Of a DNA stretch of 64,000 bases, positions 1 to 9,283 are shown one piece after another. The position numbers were made by a program, and so were the translations under genes. The first letter of the stretch is position 1, and the number at the start of each line of letters is the position of its first letter. Under the pieces are notes generated by a model that ran no database searches, was not told the DNA's origin, and was given only the letters and a program-made list of their open reading frames with translations. Source of the DNA: an uncultured Pseudomonadota bacterium (GTDB lineage: Bacteria; Pseudomonadota; Alphaproteobacteria; Rs-D84; CACZYB01); NCBI GenBank assembly GCA_902785275.1, contig CACZYB010000001.1, forward strand, positions 206,608 through 270,607, given 5' to 3'.

Positions 1-1
1 A

Positions 2-340
2 AACATAAAATCTATTATAAACCCAAGATATTGCACATTAATGAGAAATCACCACGCATACTTTATTGGAAATGCATCATGCGTAAACACTAATGGTAAA
101 AAAATAAAAGGTTGGCGTACAAACCCTTGCTTTGATAAAATAAGGATTAATCACTATTGGTCAAAATCTTATGAAGAATATATTCAAAAGAAATTCAAAG
201 GTGATGCATGGGATGGAACCAAAATTCGTGATATTGATGATACCTATAAACAGGCAAATCAAAATGTCGAAGAAGACAGTATCATGGAAAAATATATTCC
301 ATTAATAAAAACCGAACTTAAAAAAAGAAATATTAAATAA
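2..340 (+). CDS. Glycosyltransferase family 92/GT2-like protein, C-terminal part (5' truncated by window)
   Basis: Frame is open from position 2 (NIKSIINPR...). INHYWSKSYEEY..K..KG motif typical of GT92/DUF23 C-termini. Confidence 0.7.
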   Translation, partial: NIKSIINPRYCTLMRNHHAYFIGNASCVNTNGKKIKGWRTNPCFDKIRINHYWSKSYEEYIQKKFKGDAWDGTKIRDIDDTYKQANQNVEEDSIMEKYIPLIKTELKKRNIK

Positions 341-421
341 AAAATTTCTATTCATACAGATTGTAAATTTCAAACAAATACTCCTTGCCTTTGTTTAGGA
401 ATTTTTATATAATTAAAAGTT

Positions 422-982
422 ATGATTAAAGAGCAAAAAAAGTTTTTCAGAAAATGTGACCATCCAGGATGTGAACTGGAAGGGGAATATCGTGCACCAA
501 AAGATCGTAACCTTACTGATTACTATTGGTTCTGCCTTAAACACGTATCTGAATACAATAAATCATGGAACTTCTACGAAGGTATGACTCAAGAAGAAAT
601 AGAACGTGAAAACAAACTTGATGAAACATGGCATAACCAAAGTTGGAAATTTGGTATAAATCTTGAAAACCTTGCCCGTGAAGGACGTCTTGACGATCCA
701 TTCGAAATATATAACACTTATATGCGACGTGTTGGCGGTGCAAGAAATAAGGGGCGTATTTATGGTAATTCTCAAACATCTCTTACAACAAAGGAATGGG
801 AGGCTTTAGGTATATTGGAACTTAAATTTCCGCTTACCGAAACTCAGCTTAAAACTCGTTATAAACAGTTGGTAAAGAAGTATCACCCTGACCTTAACGG
901 CGGTTCAAAAAAAGCCGAAGAAATGTTTAAAAAGGTTGCCGAGTCATACAGAATTTTACTTAAAAAGATTCAAAAAAAATAA
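422..982 (+). CDS. DnaJ-class co-chaperone with C-terminal J domain
   Basis: N-terminal CDHPGC..GEYRAPK..WFCLKHV..YNKSWNFY alphaproteobacterial motif, and HPD motif (KKYHPDLNGG). Confidence 0.9.
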   Translation: MIKEQKKFFRKCDHPGCELEGEYRAPKDRNLTDYYWFCLKHVSEYNKSWNFYEGMTQEEIERENKLDETWHNQSWKFGINLENLAREGRLDDPFEIYNTYMRRVGGARNKGRIYGNSQTSLTTKEWEALGILELKFPLTETQLKTRYKQLVKKYHPDLNGGSKKAEEMFKKVAESYRILLKKIQKK

Positions 983-1046
983 CAAAAAAGCCGGCTTTTT
1001 TTATAAATTTTTGCCGACTTTTTCTTATTCCAAAAATCTATAAAAA

Positions 1047-1349
1047 CTATTTTTTAAATCTTTTATTGTTTATTTCAAGCTTACTTAAAACTGCACTATC
1101 CAAATCAACACCACACTTTTCAGCCAAAGCATAAAGATAGATTAAAACATCCGCCATTTCATGCTTAAGTGAACTTTTATCATCCTCTGGAATTGCAGGT
1201 TTATTATAAACATACTGTGCACGAACCGCAGTGGCAAGTTCACCCACTTCCGCAGCAAGCCCACAAATAAGAAGCATATGATCCTCATCGGCAAAGCCCC
1301 ATGATTTTCTTGATTGTATAACAACATCTTGAAGTTTTTTATCTGTCAT
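1047..1349 (-). CDS. MazG-like nucleotide pyrophosphohydrolase
   Basis: EVGEL...HEMADVLIYL motif, ending K...N..RF. Confidence 0.85.
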   Translation of the reverse strand: MTDKKLQDVVIQSRKSWGFADEDHMLLICGLAAEVGELATAVRAQYVYNKPAIPEDDKSSLKHEMADVLIYLYALAEKCGVDLDSAVLSKLEINNKRFKK

Positions 1350-1393
1350 TTTGACCTCCTTTACTTCAGAAAAGAAAAGTAGTTTTAAAAAAA

Positions 1394-1957
1394 CTACCCT
1401 CCTTTTTCATTATGTTTCATATTTATATACGCAAGCTTCACACCACCCAACACAGAATTTTTATTACTACTAAAGCTATATAAAAACTTTTCAAAATCTT
1501 CCGTCGGATAGTAAAGTCTGTTTGCATACGCATCACTTATATTTATCGGATTTTCAATATTTGATGGATGCATATTTACAAAGTCACGAAAATAAGGTGA
1601 AGACATAGGATTTTTCCATGTTTCCAATAAAGACAAAACTTCTTTATTCAAAAACTTTTTTTCCTTCCTTTGCATATCTTTTGTATCAATATATTCAAAA
1701 GTTTTATACTTTGGAACATCCATTACTTTAAATTTTTTTTCATTATAACCAGTAGAAGAAATAGACATTCCTACACTATATAAAACATCTTCATTATTGG
1801 ACTTTTCCAAAGAAAGTTCCAATCTATGAGCCATAGTTTTTTCATTTTCCAAAGTATAACAAGTTTTCTCAAACCTTATACTATCAACTTCGGTATCCGA
1901 AGAAAAATAACCAGTCATACGAATATCATTTATTGTTTCACTATGAACTTTTTTCAT
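1394..1957 (-). CDS. Hypothetical protein
   Basis: Long ORF, ATG immediately after the proS stop, no recognised motif. Confidence 0.7.
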   Translation of the reverse strand: MKKVHSETINDIRMTGYFSSDTEVDSIRFEKTCYTLENEKTMAHRLELSLEKSNNEDVLYSVGMSISSTGYNEKKFKVMDVPKYKTFEYIDTKDMQRKEKKFLNKEVLSLLETWKNPMSSPYFRDFVNMHPSNIENPINISDAYANRLYYPTEDFEKFLYSFSSNKNSVLGGVKLAYINMKHNEKGG

Positions 1958-1958
1958 A

Positions 1959-3245
1959 TTATTTTTCCTTTGCAATAATATCCATTACACCATCAAAAAT
2001 ATTTTCAATATTTATAGTTTCAGGATATTCCTCCAAAAGTCCAGAATATTTCATTTCAAAAACACCTTTTTCAATATTCTTTGGGCTGATAATAGCACGT
2101 ATAGGAGCACCAATCAAATCTGCATTTGCAAACTTTGAACCAGCTCTATCATCTGTTGTATCAATAATTACTTCAATCCCAGCGGCAATCAAATTATTAT
2201 AAAGTTTTTCCGCCAAAGTTTTTGCTTCGCCATCACCTATTGCAATAATGTGAACCTTATATGGAGCAACCGCCATATTAAATACAGCCTTTGATTCATT
2301 TTCACTTTGTTCAAGAAGACATCCAAACACACGGCTTACACCAATGCCATAGCAACCCATAATAGGTGTTTGTTTTTGACCTTCGGCATCAGTATATGAT
2401 ACATTCATTGACTTTGTGTATTTATCCCCAAGTTGGAAGATATTACCAACCTCAACACCACGAAGTTTATTTAAAGGTTTTCCACACTTTGGACATACCA
2501 AAATATCATCCGCATCTTTATCAGTTAAAACTTCTTTGTTTGCACGATAATCACATCCAGAACAAGTATAAATTGTATCTTCACCAATATCACTTATCAT
2601 CTGGAATTCGTGGGAAATCTTTCCTCCCATATCACCAGTAGGAGCAAGAATATCAATCACATTTTTCATACCAATGCTTTTGTAAATCTTATGATACACA
2701 TTTAAAAGTATATCATAAAAACTATTCAAATCTTCCCATGATGAATGGAAAGAGTAAGCATCCTTCATCATAAATTCACGACAACGAATTAACCCTGCTC
2801 TTGCCCTTAATTCATCACGATACTTTGTCTGAATTTGATAGAGGCAAAGTGATTTAGGAGCAGATGGTAATTGCTTATAACTTTGAAGAATTGAGCGAAC
2901 ATAATCTGTTACAATTTCTTCATGTGTAGGATTTACAACAGCATCAATTCCTGCACGTGTTTTAAATTTCAAAAGAACATCAATGTTTTCACGACCAGTT
3001 TCTTTCCAAAGAGAAAGTGGTGATACAACCGGCATATTCATTTCCTGACATCCAACTGAATCAAGTTCTTTTCTAATAATCTTTTCAATATTTTGTAAAA
3101 CTTTAAAACCAAGTGGAGAATAAGTATAAAGCCCCGCACCTGTCTGATGAATATATCCACCCTTTAATGCAAGTTTATGCCCAGATGTTGTAGCATCCGC
3201 AGGCAACTCCTTCATTCTTTTGATAAATAAATTTTCTATCTGCAT
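1959..3245 (-). CDS. proS: Prolyl-tRNA synthetase (short form lacking full INS editing domain)
   Basis: PTHEE, QIQTKYRDE.R.R.GL.R.REF.MKDAYSF, EVGNIFQLG, MGCYGIGVSR motifs. Confidence 0.97.
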   Translation of the reverse strand: MQIENLFIKRMKELPADATTSGHKLALKGGYIHQTGAGLYTYSPLGFKVLQNIEKIIRKELDSVGCQEMNMPVVSPLSLWKETGRENIDVLLKFKTRAGIDAVVNPTHEEIVTDYVRSILQSYKQLPSAPKSLCLYQIQTKYRDELRARAGLIRCREFMMKDAYSFHSSWEDLNSFYDILLNVYHKIYKSIGMKNVIDILAPTGDMGGKISHEFQMISDIGEDTIYTCSGCDYRANKEVLTDKDADDILVCPKCGKPLNKLRGVEVGNIFQLGDKYTKSMNVSYTDAEGQKQTPIMGCYGIGVSRVFGCLLEQSENESKAVFNMAVAPYKVHIIAIGDGEAKTLAEKLYNNLIAAGIEVIIDTTDDRAGSKFANADLIGAPIRAIISPKNIEKGVFEMKYSGLLEEYPETINIENIFDGVMDIIAKEK

Positions 3246-3508
3246 TTTTCATCCTTAATATTAACAAATAAACCAACTTCTTTATTTCGCTTTTCTGCAT
3301 TTTGAGGATTATACTTTCCTTCCTTAAAACACTTGTGACATGGACTATCGCAACCCCAATTATTTGAAGAACATGTATTATCAAAAAAATGAGGACACCC
3401 TTTAAAAAAGCCAACAGGAGAAGTATCTTTTTCTTCTTCCTTTAATTGTTCCAAATAACCATTATAATAATAACGATCTATTGAAATTTTTCTAAATATT
3501 TTTCTCAT
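3236..3508 (-). CDS. Small Cys-rich hypothetical protein (CPH..C..CxxC..Y..NAE family)
   Basis: Overlaps the infA stop and proS start. Motif shared with 51238-51618. Confidence 0.7.
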   Translation of the reverse strand: MRKIFRKISIDRYYYNGYLEQLKEEEKDTSPVGFFKGCPHFFDNTCSSNNWGCDSPCHKCFKEGKYNPQNAEKRNKEVGLFVNIKDEKCR

Positions 3509-3759
3509 TATAATTCTTCTTTAATTGTACCTTGCTTATCTTTGTAACGGAAAGTAATGCGACCTTTTGATAAATCATATGGAGTCATTTCAATATTTAC
3601 AACATCACCAACCATAACCCATATTCTAAACTTTCTCATTTTTCCAGCGGTATGAGCAATAACCTGATGACCATTTTCAAGTTCAACTTTGAACATAGCA
3701 TTTGGAAGTTTATCAATAACAGTACCTTTAAATTCCAATAATTCTTCTTTATCTGACAT
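3508..3759 (-). CDS. infA: Translation initiation factor IF-1
   Basis: [14 protein letters not shown]...AHTAGKMR...[18 protein letters not shown]. Confidence 0.98.
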   Translation of the reverse strand: MSDKEELLEFKGTVIDKLPNAMFKVELENGHQVIAHTAGKMRKFRIWVMVGDVVNIEMTPYDLSKGRITFRYKDKQGTIKEEL

Positions 3760-3844
3760 AATTTAACCTTTTTTGTTGTTTTTATTGTTATAATTCATTA
3801 TACTTATAGAACAATTTTAATGGATTTGCAAGAAGGTTTTTATT

Positions 3845-4789
3845 ATGAATTATTTAGAATTCTTTCATTTTGATAATCATCCCTTTGCTGGCGATGAAAA
3901 TCTTAACTATTTTTTCCCCAAAAAATATTTTCTAAAAATTACGGATGATATGATAAATTTCTGCAGATTTAAGGGAGGAATTTACATAATCACCGGAAAT
4001 ACAGGTGTTGGAAAATCAACCCTACTTAACAATATTTTACAAACTTTGAATAATAATGATATCACTATTTCATTACAGGCAGATGAAAAAACTGATGTTT
4101 TAAAAATCATCGCAAATAAAATAGGTGTAGATAGTCGAAACATAAACTCTATTTTATCAAAACTTTCTACAATATACTCTGGCGGTAAAAACATTATCAT
4201 ATCTATTGATAAGGCTGAAAATCTTTCAAAGGAAGAATTTGTAAATCTTTACTCCTTAATTAAGGTTATTCCAAACTTAAGGATTATTCTTTGCGGCAAA
4301 AAGACTTTGTATAAAACATTAAAACATAAAGCTGTAAGCCCAATAAAGAAATTTATTGTAAAAAAATTCAAAATCAAACATCCAAGCATTTTCCAAACCG
4401 TAAACTATATTTCATACATTGAAAAAAATGCTTTGGCTTTAAGTCAGTATAAACCAGTTATTTCAAAACCTTCATTATTTTTAATTGCACTATGCACCAA
4501 CAGAAATATCAAAAACATAAATTATATATCTGAAAAATCTTTGATTGATGCATTCACAAACAGACAAGAAAAAGTTCGCATCAAAAATGTTTTCTCTGTT
4601 ATAAAGGAAAATTTTGATACTGTAAAATATAACATCTATCTTAAATTTCAAAAGTTTTTCTTTTTACTTCTTTTGATTTTCTCATTGTACTATGCAATGA
4701 AAATAATATTGGATAGAAACGATTTGATTAACCACATAGAAGCACAAAAATCCATCCGCAAACAAGAACAAGAATTAAGGAATAATTAA
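3845..4789 (+). CDS. ExeA/GspA-like AAA ATPase with C-terminal TM helix
   Basis: MNYLEFFHF...PF N-terminus, Walker A GNTGVGKS, degenerate Walker B IISIDKAE, LRIILCG, hydrophobic C-terminal segment. Confidence 0.75.
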   Translation: MNYLEFFHFDNHPFAGDENLNYFFPKKYFLKITDDMINFCRFKGGIYIITGNTGVGKSTLLNNILQTLNNNDITISLQADEKTDVLKIIANKIGVDSRNINSILSKLSTIYSGGKNIIISIDKAENLSKEEFVNLYSLIKVIPNLRIILCGKKTLYKTLKHKAVSPIKKFIVKKFKIKHPSIFQTVNYISYIEKNALALSQYKPVISKPSLFLIALCTNRNIKNINYISEKSLIDAFTNRQEKVRIKNVFSVIKENFDTVKYNIYLKFQKFFFLLLLIFSLYYAMKIILDRNDLINHIEAQKSIRKQEQELRNN

Positions 4790-5989
4790 TTGTCAAACAT
4801 AGGAAGACGTATTTCAAAAAACTCCTCTAACTCTTATGGTTGGATAAGAGATTTAAAGCGTGGTGAAGTAAAATTCAATAAACCTGTTGTTCTTTGCCTT
4901 GCGGGTGATGCAACACAGGATGATATTTCTGCAAATGGTATGGCAAAAGAAGCCGAAGATATACTTGGCAGAAACGGTATCACCGATAATGATATACAAA
5001 TACTTTCGGTACAATACCCAAAGAAAAAACTTTATGCTAACCAATTTTCTATGGAACGACGTAGCTTTGCTGAACAATTTAACAATGATAGTGATGAAAT
5101 AAAAAATCCACAGTATATAAAGGATATTTACTCAATACTTTTTCAACCACTTATCATAAATGCAAAGGGTCAAAGATTCTCTTTTTCCGAAGCACAATCA
5201 AAGTTCAGAAATCTTACCATATTTGCACATTGTCATGGAACATTTGTTTCCTGTAAATTAATGTCATATTTAAGGGAAGAAATGAAAAAATATGGCTATA
5301 ACGAAGACGAAATAAATTTATTAATGGGAGAAATTGTAAATATAGGTTTAAGCCCCCGAGTTGGTTTCCACCGAAATGACGGTTCATTAAAATTTGGATT
5401 TACAATGCTTGATGATGCAATTGCATCCTACCTTTACCCAATATTAACAGAAAATTCTGGTAAAAATTGTGTAATATCAACACTTGGTCTTGGGTTAATA
5501 GAACACGAAAACGCAAATATGTATTTTTCAGGTGATAATCTTAACTACACAGATATAGACAATGATACTTTTTGCCTTTTGGATACAACCTTTATGCATT
5601 GTGTAAATTGCTACACAGACGACGAATTTTATTACACAACAGAGACAAAAAGAACTCTAAATAAAAACAATGTCGGAAAAAATATTTCCCATTTAATAGT
5701 TCGAAGCCTACAAAATGCTGTTTCACTATCAAAACAAAATGTAAAAAGAACTGTTGAAAACATAATTTCAAACCAAACTCCTATAACATTTAAACAGGGA
5801 AGCAAAGAACTTAATTCAAAGTTTTTAAATGTAAAATTCACTGGTAATAATGCATCATTCAAAAAAACTTTGGATGACTATACAAAGCAAGCAAAAGAAA
5901 AACGTTTCGAAAAAGCAGAAAATAAAATAAAAGACAAAGAAGTTGCCGAAATTTTAAAAACATCCATAACAAAATCGATTGAAAAATAA
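4790..5989 (+). CDS. Hypothetical protein, possible alpha/beta-hydrolase-like fold
   Basis: 399-aa ORF with VVLCLAGD and IFAHCHG nucleophile-elbow-like motif. Confidence 0.65.
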   Translation: MSNIGRRISKNSSNSYGWIRDLKRGEVKFNKPVVLCLAGDATQDDISANGMAKEAEDILGRNGITDNDIQILSVQYPKKKLYANQFSMERRSFAEQFNNDSDEIKNPQYIKDIYSILFQPLIINAKGQRFSFSEAQSKFRNLTIFAHCHGTFVSCKLMSYLREEMKKYGYNEDEINLLMGEIVNIGLSPRVGFHRNDGSLKFGFTMLDDAIASYLYPILTENSGKNCVISTLGLGLIEHENANMYFSGDNLNYTDIDNDTFCLLDTTFMHCVNCYTDDEFYYTTETKRTLNKNNVGKNISHLIVRSLQNAVSLSKQNVKRTVENIISNQTPITFKQGSKELNSKFLNVKFTGNNASFKKTLDDYTKQAKEKRFEKAENKIKDKEVAEILKTSITKSIEK

Positions 5990-6067
5990 TGGGGCGAGTG
6001 ATCAGATTCGAACTGACGGCATCCAGTACCACAAACTGGCGCTCTAACCAACTGAGCTACACTCGCC
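5990..6067 (-). tRNA. tRNA-His(GTG) with G-1:C73 and encoded CCA
   Basis: Cloverleaf GGCGAGTGTAGCTCAGTTGG...TTGTGGT...TTCGAAT...CACTCGCCCCA. Confidence 0.97.
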
Positions 6068-6162
6068 ATAGTAAAGAATAACAGATTTATAACCTAAAAC
6101 TTTTGAAAAATCAAGAAAAAATCAAAAATTTCAAAATAAATACCGTTATATATCAAAAATTC

Positions 6163-6190
6163 TTGACTTTTACCTTGTTTTGTCTATAAT
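6163..6190 (+). promoter_or_regulatory. Sigma70-type promoter of the 6232 gene
   Basis: TTGACT-16 nt-TATAAT. Confidence 0.55.
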
Positions 6191-6231
6191 TTGGTTTAAA
6201 AATAAAAAATAATGAAAGATAATAAACTATT

Positions 6232-6792
6232 ATGCGTAAAAATACAAAAAATAATGTTAAAAAATCCGACCATATAAACACATATCTAATTCTATCTGCA
6301 CTACTTGTAAGTGTTATTCTTGGAAATTATGTGTATGAAAGGGAAAATGATTTAAGAAATTCAGATTTTGAACTAAAGGAAAGCTATGTTCTATCCGTCT
6401 TTAAAGATGTAGAATACAGATTAAAAGAAGATAATATAAAATCTCAAGAGAAAACTTTCAAAAGCGGAAGAAACGAATTATTCTACAACTATACTATTAT
6501 TTTTGATAGAAATAATGATAGAGTATTTGATCCAGAAAAGGATGAAATAATACAAATCACAAAACAACATCATATGGTTCCTGTTCAAAAAGGAGACCAC
6601 GCTGTATACATAGAAAAAAGAAAAAAAGGAAAACTTCTTGATATAGAAGTTCTTGCATTAAAAGCAAACAATAATGTATATAATGTTTACCGTAATCCCG
6701 AAGACTTCTTTGATAAAAATTATTGGAAGAAAAATGAGTCTTTTAGACAAGCAATTAATTTGTTTTACAGTAAATATGCAAACCAAAAATAA
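6232..6792 (+). CDS. Membrane-anchored hypothetical protein (paralog of 6840-7328)
   Basis: N-terminal TM helix, FDRNNDRVFD, KGD..VYIE, C-terminal KYANQK. Confidence 0.8.
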   Translation: MRKNTKNNVKKSDHINTYLILSALLVSVILGNYVYERENDLRNSDFELKESYVLSVFKDVEYRLKEDNIKSQEKTFKSGRNELFYNYTIIFDRNNDRVFDPEKDEIIQITKQHHMVPVQKGDHAVYIEKRKKGKLLDIEVLALKANNNVYNVYRNPEDFFDKNYWKKNESFRQAINLFYSKYANQK

Positions 6793-6839
6793 AAATTTTA
6801 TGTAAACATTATCCTACACAAATAAAAAAAGGATTTAAT

Positions 6840-7328
6840 ATGAATAAGAATTCTCAAAATTTAAAATACAAACTTAACCACATAACCGAAGGAAAAGGTC
6901 GCTTTGTCCTTGCTATTTTAATTTTGGGTTCTCTTAGTGCATTACTTAAAAATTCAAAGGATATCAGTAATAAAGAAAAATCATTTAACTTTGATATAAA
7001 AGAAGCACCAATCCTTGAAAAATCAAATAACTTCAAAACATTTATCCTTGATACAGATAAAAATGGCATATATGAAAAAGACAAGGATATCGTAATAAGC
7101 GATACAACCTTAATCTTGCATAAATCTTCACAAAAAGGTGATACTATCGTTTATATCGAACGCGAAGGCTGGGAACGAAAAATTCTCGCGATAAAAAAGG
7201 TTGGTTCAAAACAATATAATATCATTAAACGTCCTACTGATATTTATTCAGAAAGAGCTTTGAAAAACAATAATTCTTTCAATAAAGTAAAATTGATTTT
7301 TGCAAACAAATACGTAAATCAAAAATAA
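6840..7328 (+). CDS. Membrane-anchored hypothetical protein (paralog of 6232-6792)
   Basis: N-terminal TM helix, LDTDKNGIYE, KGD..VYIE, C-terminal KYVNQK. Confidence 0.8.
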   Translation: MNKNSQNLKYKLNHITEGKGRFVLAILILGSLSALLKNSKDISNKEKSFNFDIKEAPILEKSNNFKTFILDTDKNGIYEKDKDIVISDTTLILHKSSQKGDTIVYIEREGWERKILAIKKVGSKQYNIIKRPTDIYSERALKNNNSFNKVKLIFANKYVNQK

Positions 7329-7404
7329 AATTTTCTTGAAATTCCATATATAAGTGTTAAATAATATCCTTAGAATCTTTTTTTTAAAAAAAAGGAGGTT
7401 TGAC

Positions 7405-7590
7405 ATGAATATAGGAAGACGACACAAAGAAATTTCCAACTGGATTATCACCGCAGTAGAGGAACGAATGATTACACCATCAAAAGGTGCAAAATTCGCA
7501 CTTGAAGAAAATAATCTTAAAGAAAACAATAAGAAATATAAAAAATATCTATCTTTCCTAAAACAAATAAAAAGGGAAAAAACAAGATAG
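7405..7590 (+). CDS. Small basic hypothetical protein
   Basis: Strong RBS AAGGAGG before ATG 7405. Confidence 0.6.
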   Translation: MNIGRRHKEISNWIITAVEERMITPSKGAKFALEENNLKENNKKYKKYLSFLKQIKREKTR

Positions 7591-7606
7591 TTTACACCAA
7601 TAAAAA

Positions 7607-7634
7607 AATACCTGCCGATTTTCCAGCAGGTATT
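7607..7634. terminator. Bidirectional intrinsic terminator
   Basis: AATACCTGC...GCAGGTATT hairpin between convergent genes. Confidence 0.7.
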
Positions 7635-7654
7635 AATTTTATATACTCTATGTA

Positions 7655-8770
7655 TTAAATTCTCATAGGCATCAAAACATAGATTGTTGATTCGTCATCA
7701 AGTTCCTTAATAATAGCAGGAGAAGAAGAATCAGAAATAACAAATTTCATAAATTTACCTTCTATCTGACCAGCAATATCAAGAAGATATCTTGAATTGA
7801 AACCAATTTCCATTGATTCGTTATCATATTCAACTTCTACATCTTCAACGGCACTACCTGAATCAGGTGTTGAAGCAGAAAGTGTAAGTTTTGCTTTTGA
7901 AAGTTTAAGTTTAATTGCTTTTGACTTTTCATAAGAAACAGATGAAACACGGTCAACAGCTTCACTAAACAATTTGCAATCAACTTCCATTTCCTTATCA
8001 TTTGATGTAGGAATAACCTTTTCATAGTCAGGGAATTTTCCATCAATAAGTTTTGATGTAATTGTTGTATTACCAAATGTAAATCTTGCTTTTGTTTCAC
8101 TTGTTTCAACTTTGATATCAGCAGAAGTATCATCAAGTTGAGCACGAAGTTCAGTAATAACTTTTCTTGGAACAATTATGCTTGGCATACCTTTTGCACC
8201 TTCAGGAGAAGCAACATCTTGTCTTGCAAGTCTGTGACCATCAGTAGCAACAGCACGAAGCAATTCTTTACCATCTTTTTCCAAAGTATGGAAGAAAATA
8301 CCGTTCAAGAAATATCTTGTTTCTTCTGTTGAAACAGCAAACTTTGTTTTATCAATAAGCTTTATCAAATCATCACATGGAAGTGTAAATCTGAAAGGCA
8401 TTGATGAACTTGTCATAACAGGAAAATCAGTTGCAGGAAGAGCAGGAAGAGTAAATTCTGAATTTCCAGCTTTAATCACAACGTTTGAATCATCACTTGA
8501 AGTTTTAAGTTCAACATCAAAACCTTCAGGAAGTTTTCTTACGATATCATAAAGAACATGAACAGGAATTGTAATAGAACCTTTTTCATTTATTGAACCT
8601 TCAACAACTTCAATAATTTCCAAATCTATATTTGTTGCTGTAAATTTCAATTCATCCCCAGCTTCGATTTTAACATTCGAAAGAACAGGAATAGTAGATT
8701 TTTTTTCAACGATTCTGTAAAGGTGTGAAAGTGTCTTTACAAGGTTAGATTTAGCAACTGTAATATACAT
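7655..8770 (-). CDS. dnaN: DNA polymerase III beta clamp
   Basis: IPVLSNV, STEETRYFLNG, AVATDGHRL, GKFPDY, IGFNSRYL, VLMPMR. Confidence 0.98.
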   Translation of the reverse strand: MYITVAKSNLVKTLSHLYRIVEKKSTIPVLSNVKIEAGDELKFTATNIDLEIIEVVEGSINEKGSITIPVHVLYDIVRKLPEGFDVELKTSSDDSNVVIKAGNSEFTLPALPATDFPVMTSSSMPFRFTLPCDDLIKLIDKTKFAVSTEETRYFLNGIFFHTLEKDGKELLRAVATDGHRLARQDVASPEGAKGMPSIIVPRKVITELRAQLDDTSADIKVETSETKARFTFGNTTITSKLIDGKFPDYEKVIPTSNDKEMEVDCKLFSEAVDRVSSVSYEKSKAIKLKLSKAKLTLSASTPDSGSAVEDVEVEYDNESMEIGFNSRYLLDIAGQIEGKFMKFVISDSSSPAIIKELDDESTIYVLMPMRI

Positions 8771-8940
8771 AATTTATCTCCTTTTCTTTTTTGATTCTGG
8801 TTTGATTCTAGTACCAAACATATACTAAAAGCAAGCAATAAATTTTTTATTTTTAAAAGAAAATAAATTACCGGAAAAATCAAATAATTGAAAAAGGGAA
8901 AAGCCCCCAAAAGGAGGCTTTTTAAAAACGAATCTTTTTA

Positions 8941-9216
8941 TTACCCACGAGGTCTATTATACGAAGACATCATAATTTTTACTGTTCTCATTTTTTGTTC
9001 ATCAGAATAGCAATCATTCATTTCATCATAAAATTTTGAAAACTTACAATACCCCAAATTTTTACATCTTGAAGCCAAATTATTCTTTTGATAAACAATA
9101 CAATTTCTACATTGCATAACAAAAGAACGCTTCTTAATATTTGTTGCATCATCTTTATAAAAACCAGTGTATTTAATAATCTTTGGACCTTTCACTTCTT
9201 TCATAATATACCCCAC
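8941..9216 (-). CDS. Small Cys-rich hypothetical protein
   Basis: CRNC...C...C pattern, flanked by hairpin terminators. Confidence 0.6.
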   Translation of the reverse strand: MGYIMKEVKGPKIIKYTGFYKDDATNIKKRSFVMQCRNCIVYQKNNLASRCKNLGYCKFSKFYDEMNDCYSDEQKMRTVKIMMSSYNRPRG

Positions 9217-9283
9217 TTAATACGCTCAAAAAAAAGGGGGCAGAATAAAAAATTCTGTCGCCCAATTTTTTTATAATAAAAAA

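Noticed and set aside
5878-6069. 63-aa ORF MASVAQLVRAPVCGTG...
   Set aside because: It is a translation of tRNA-His, not a protein.
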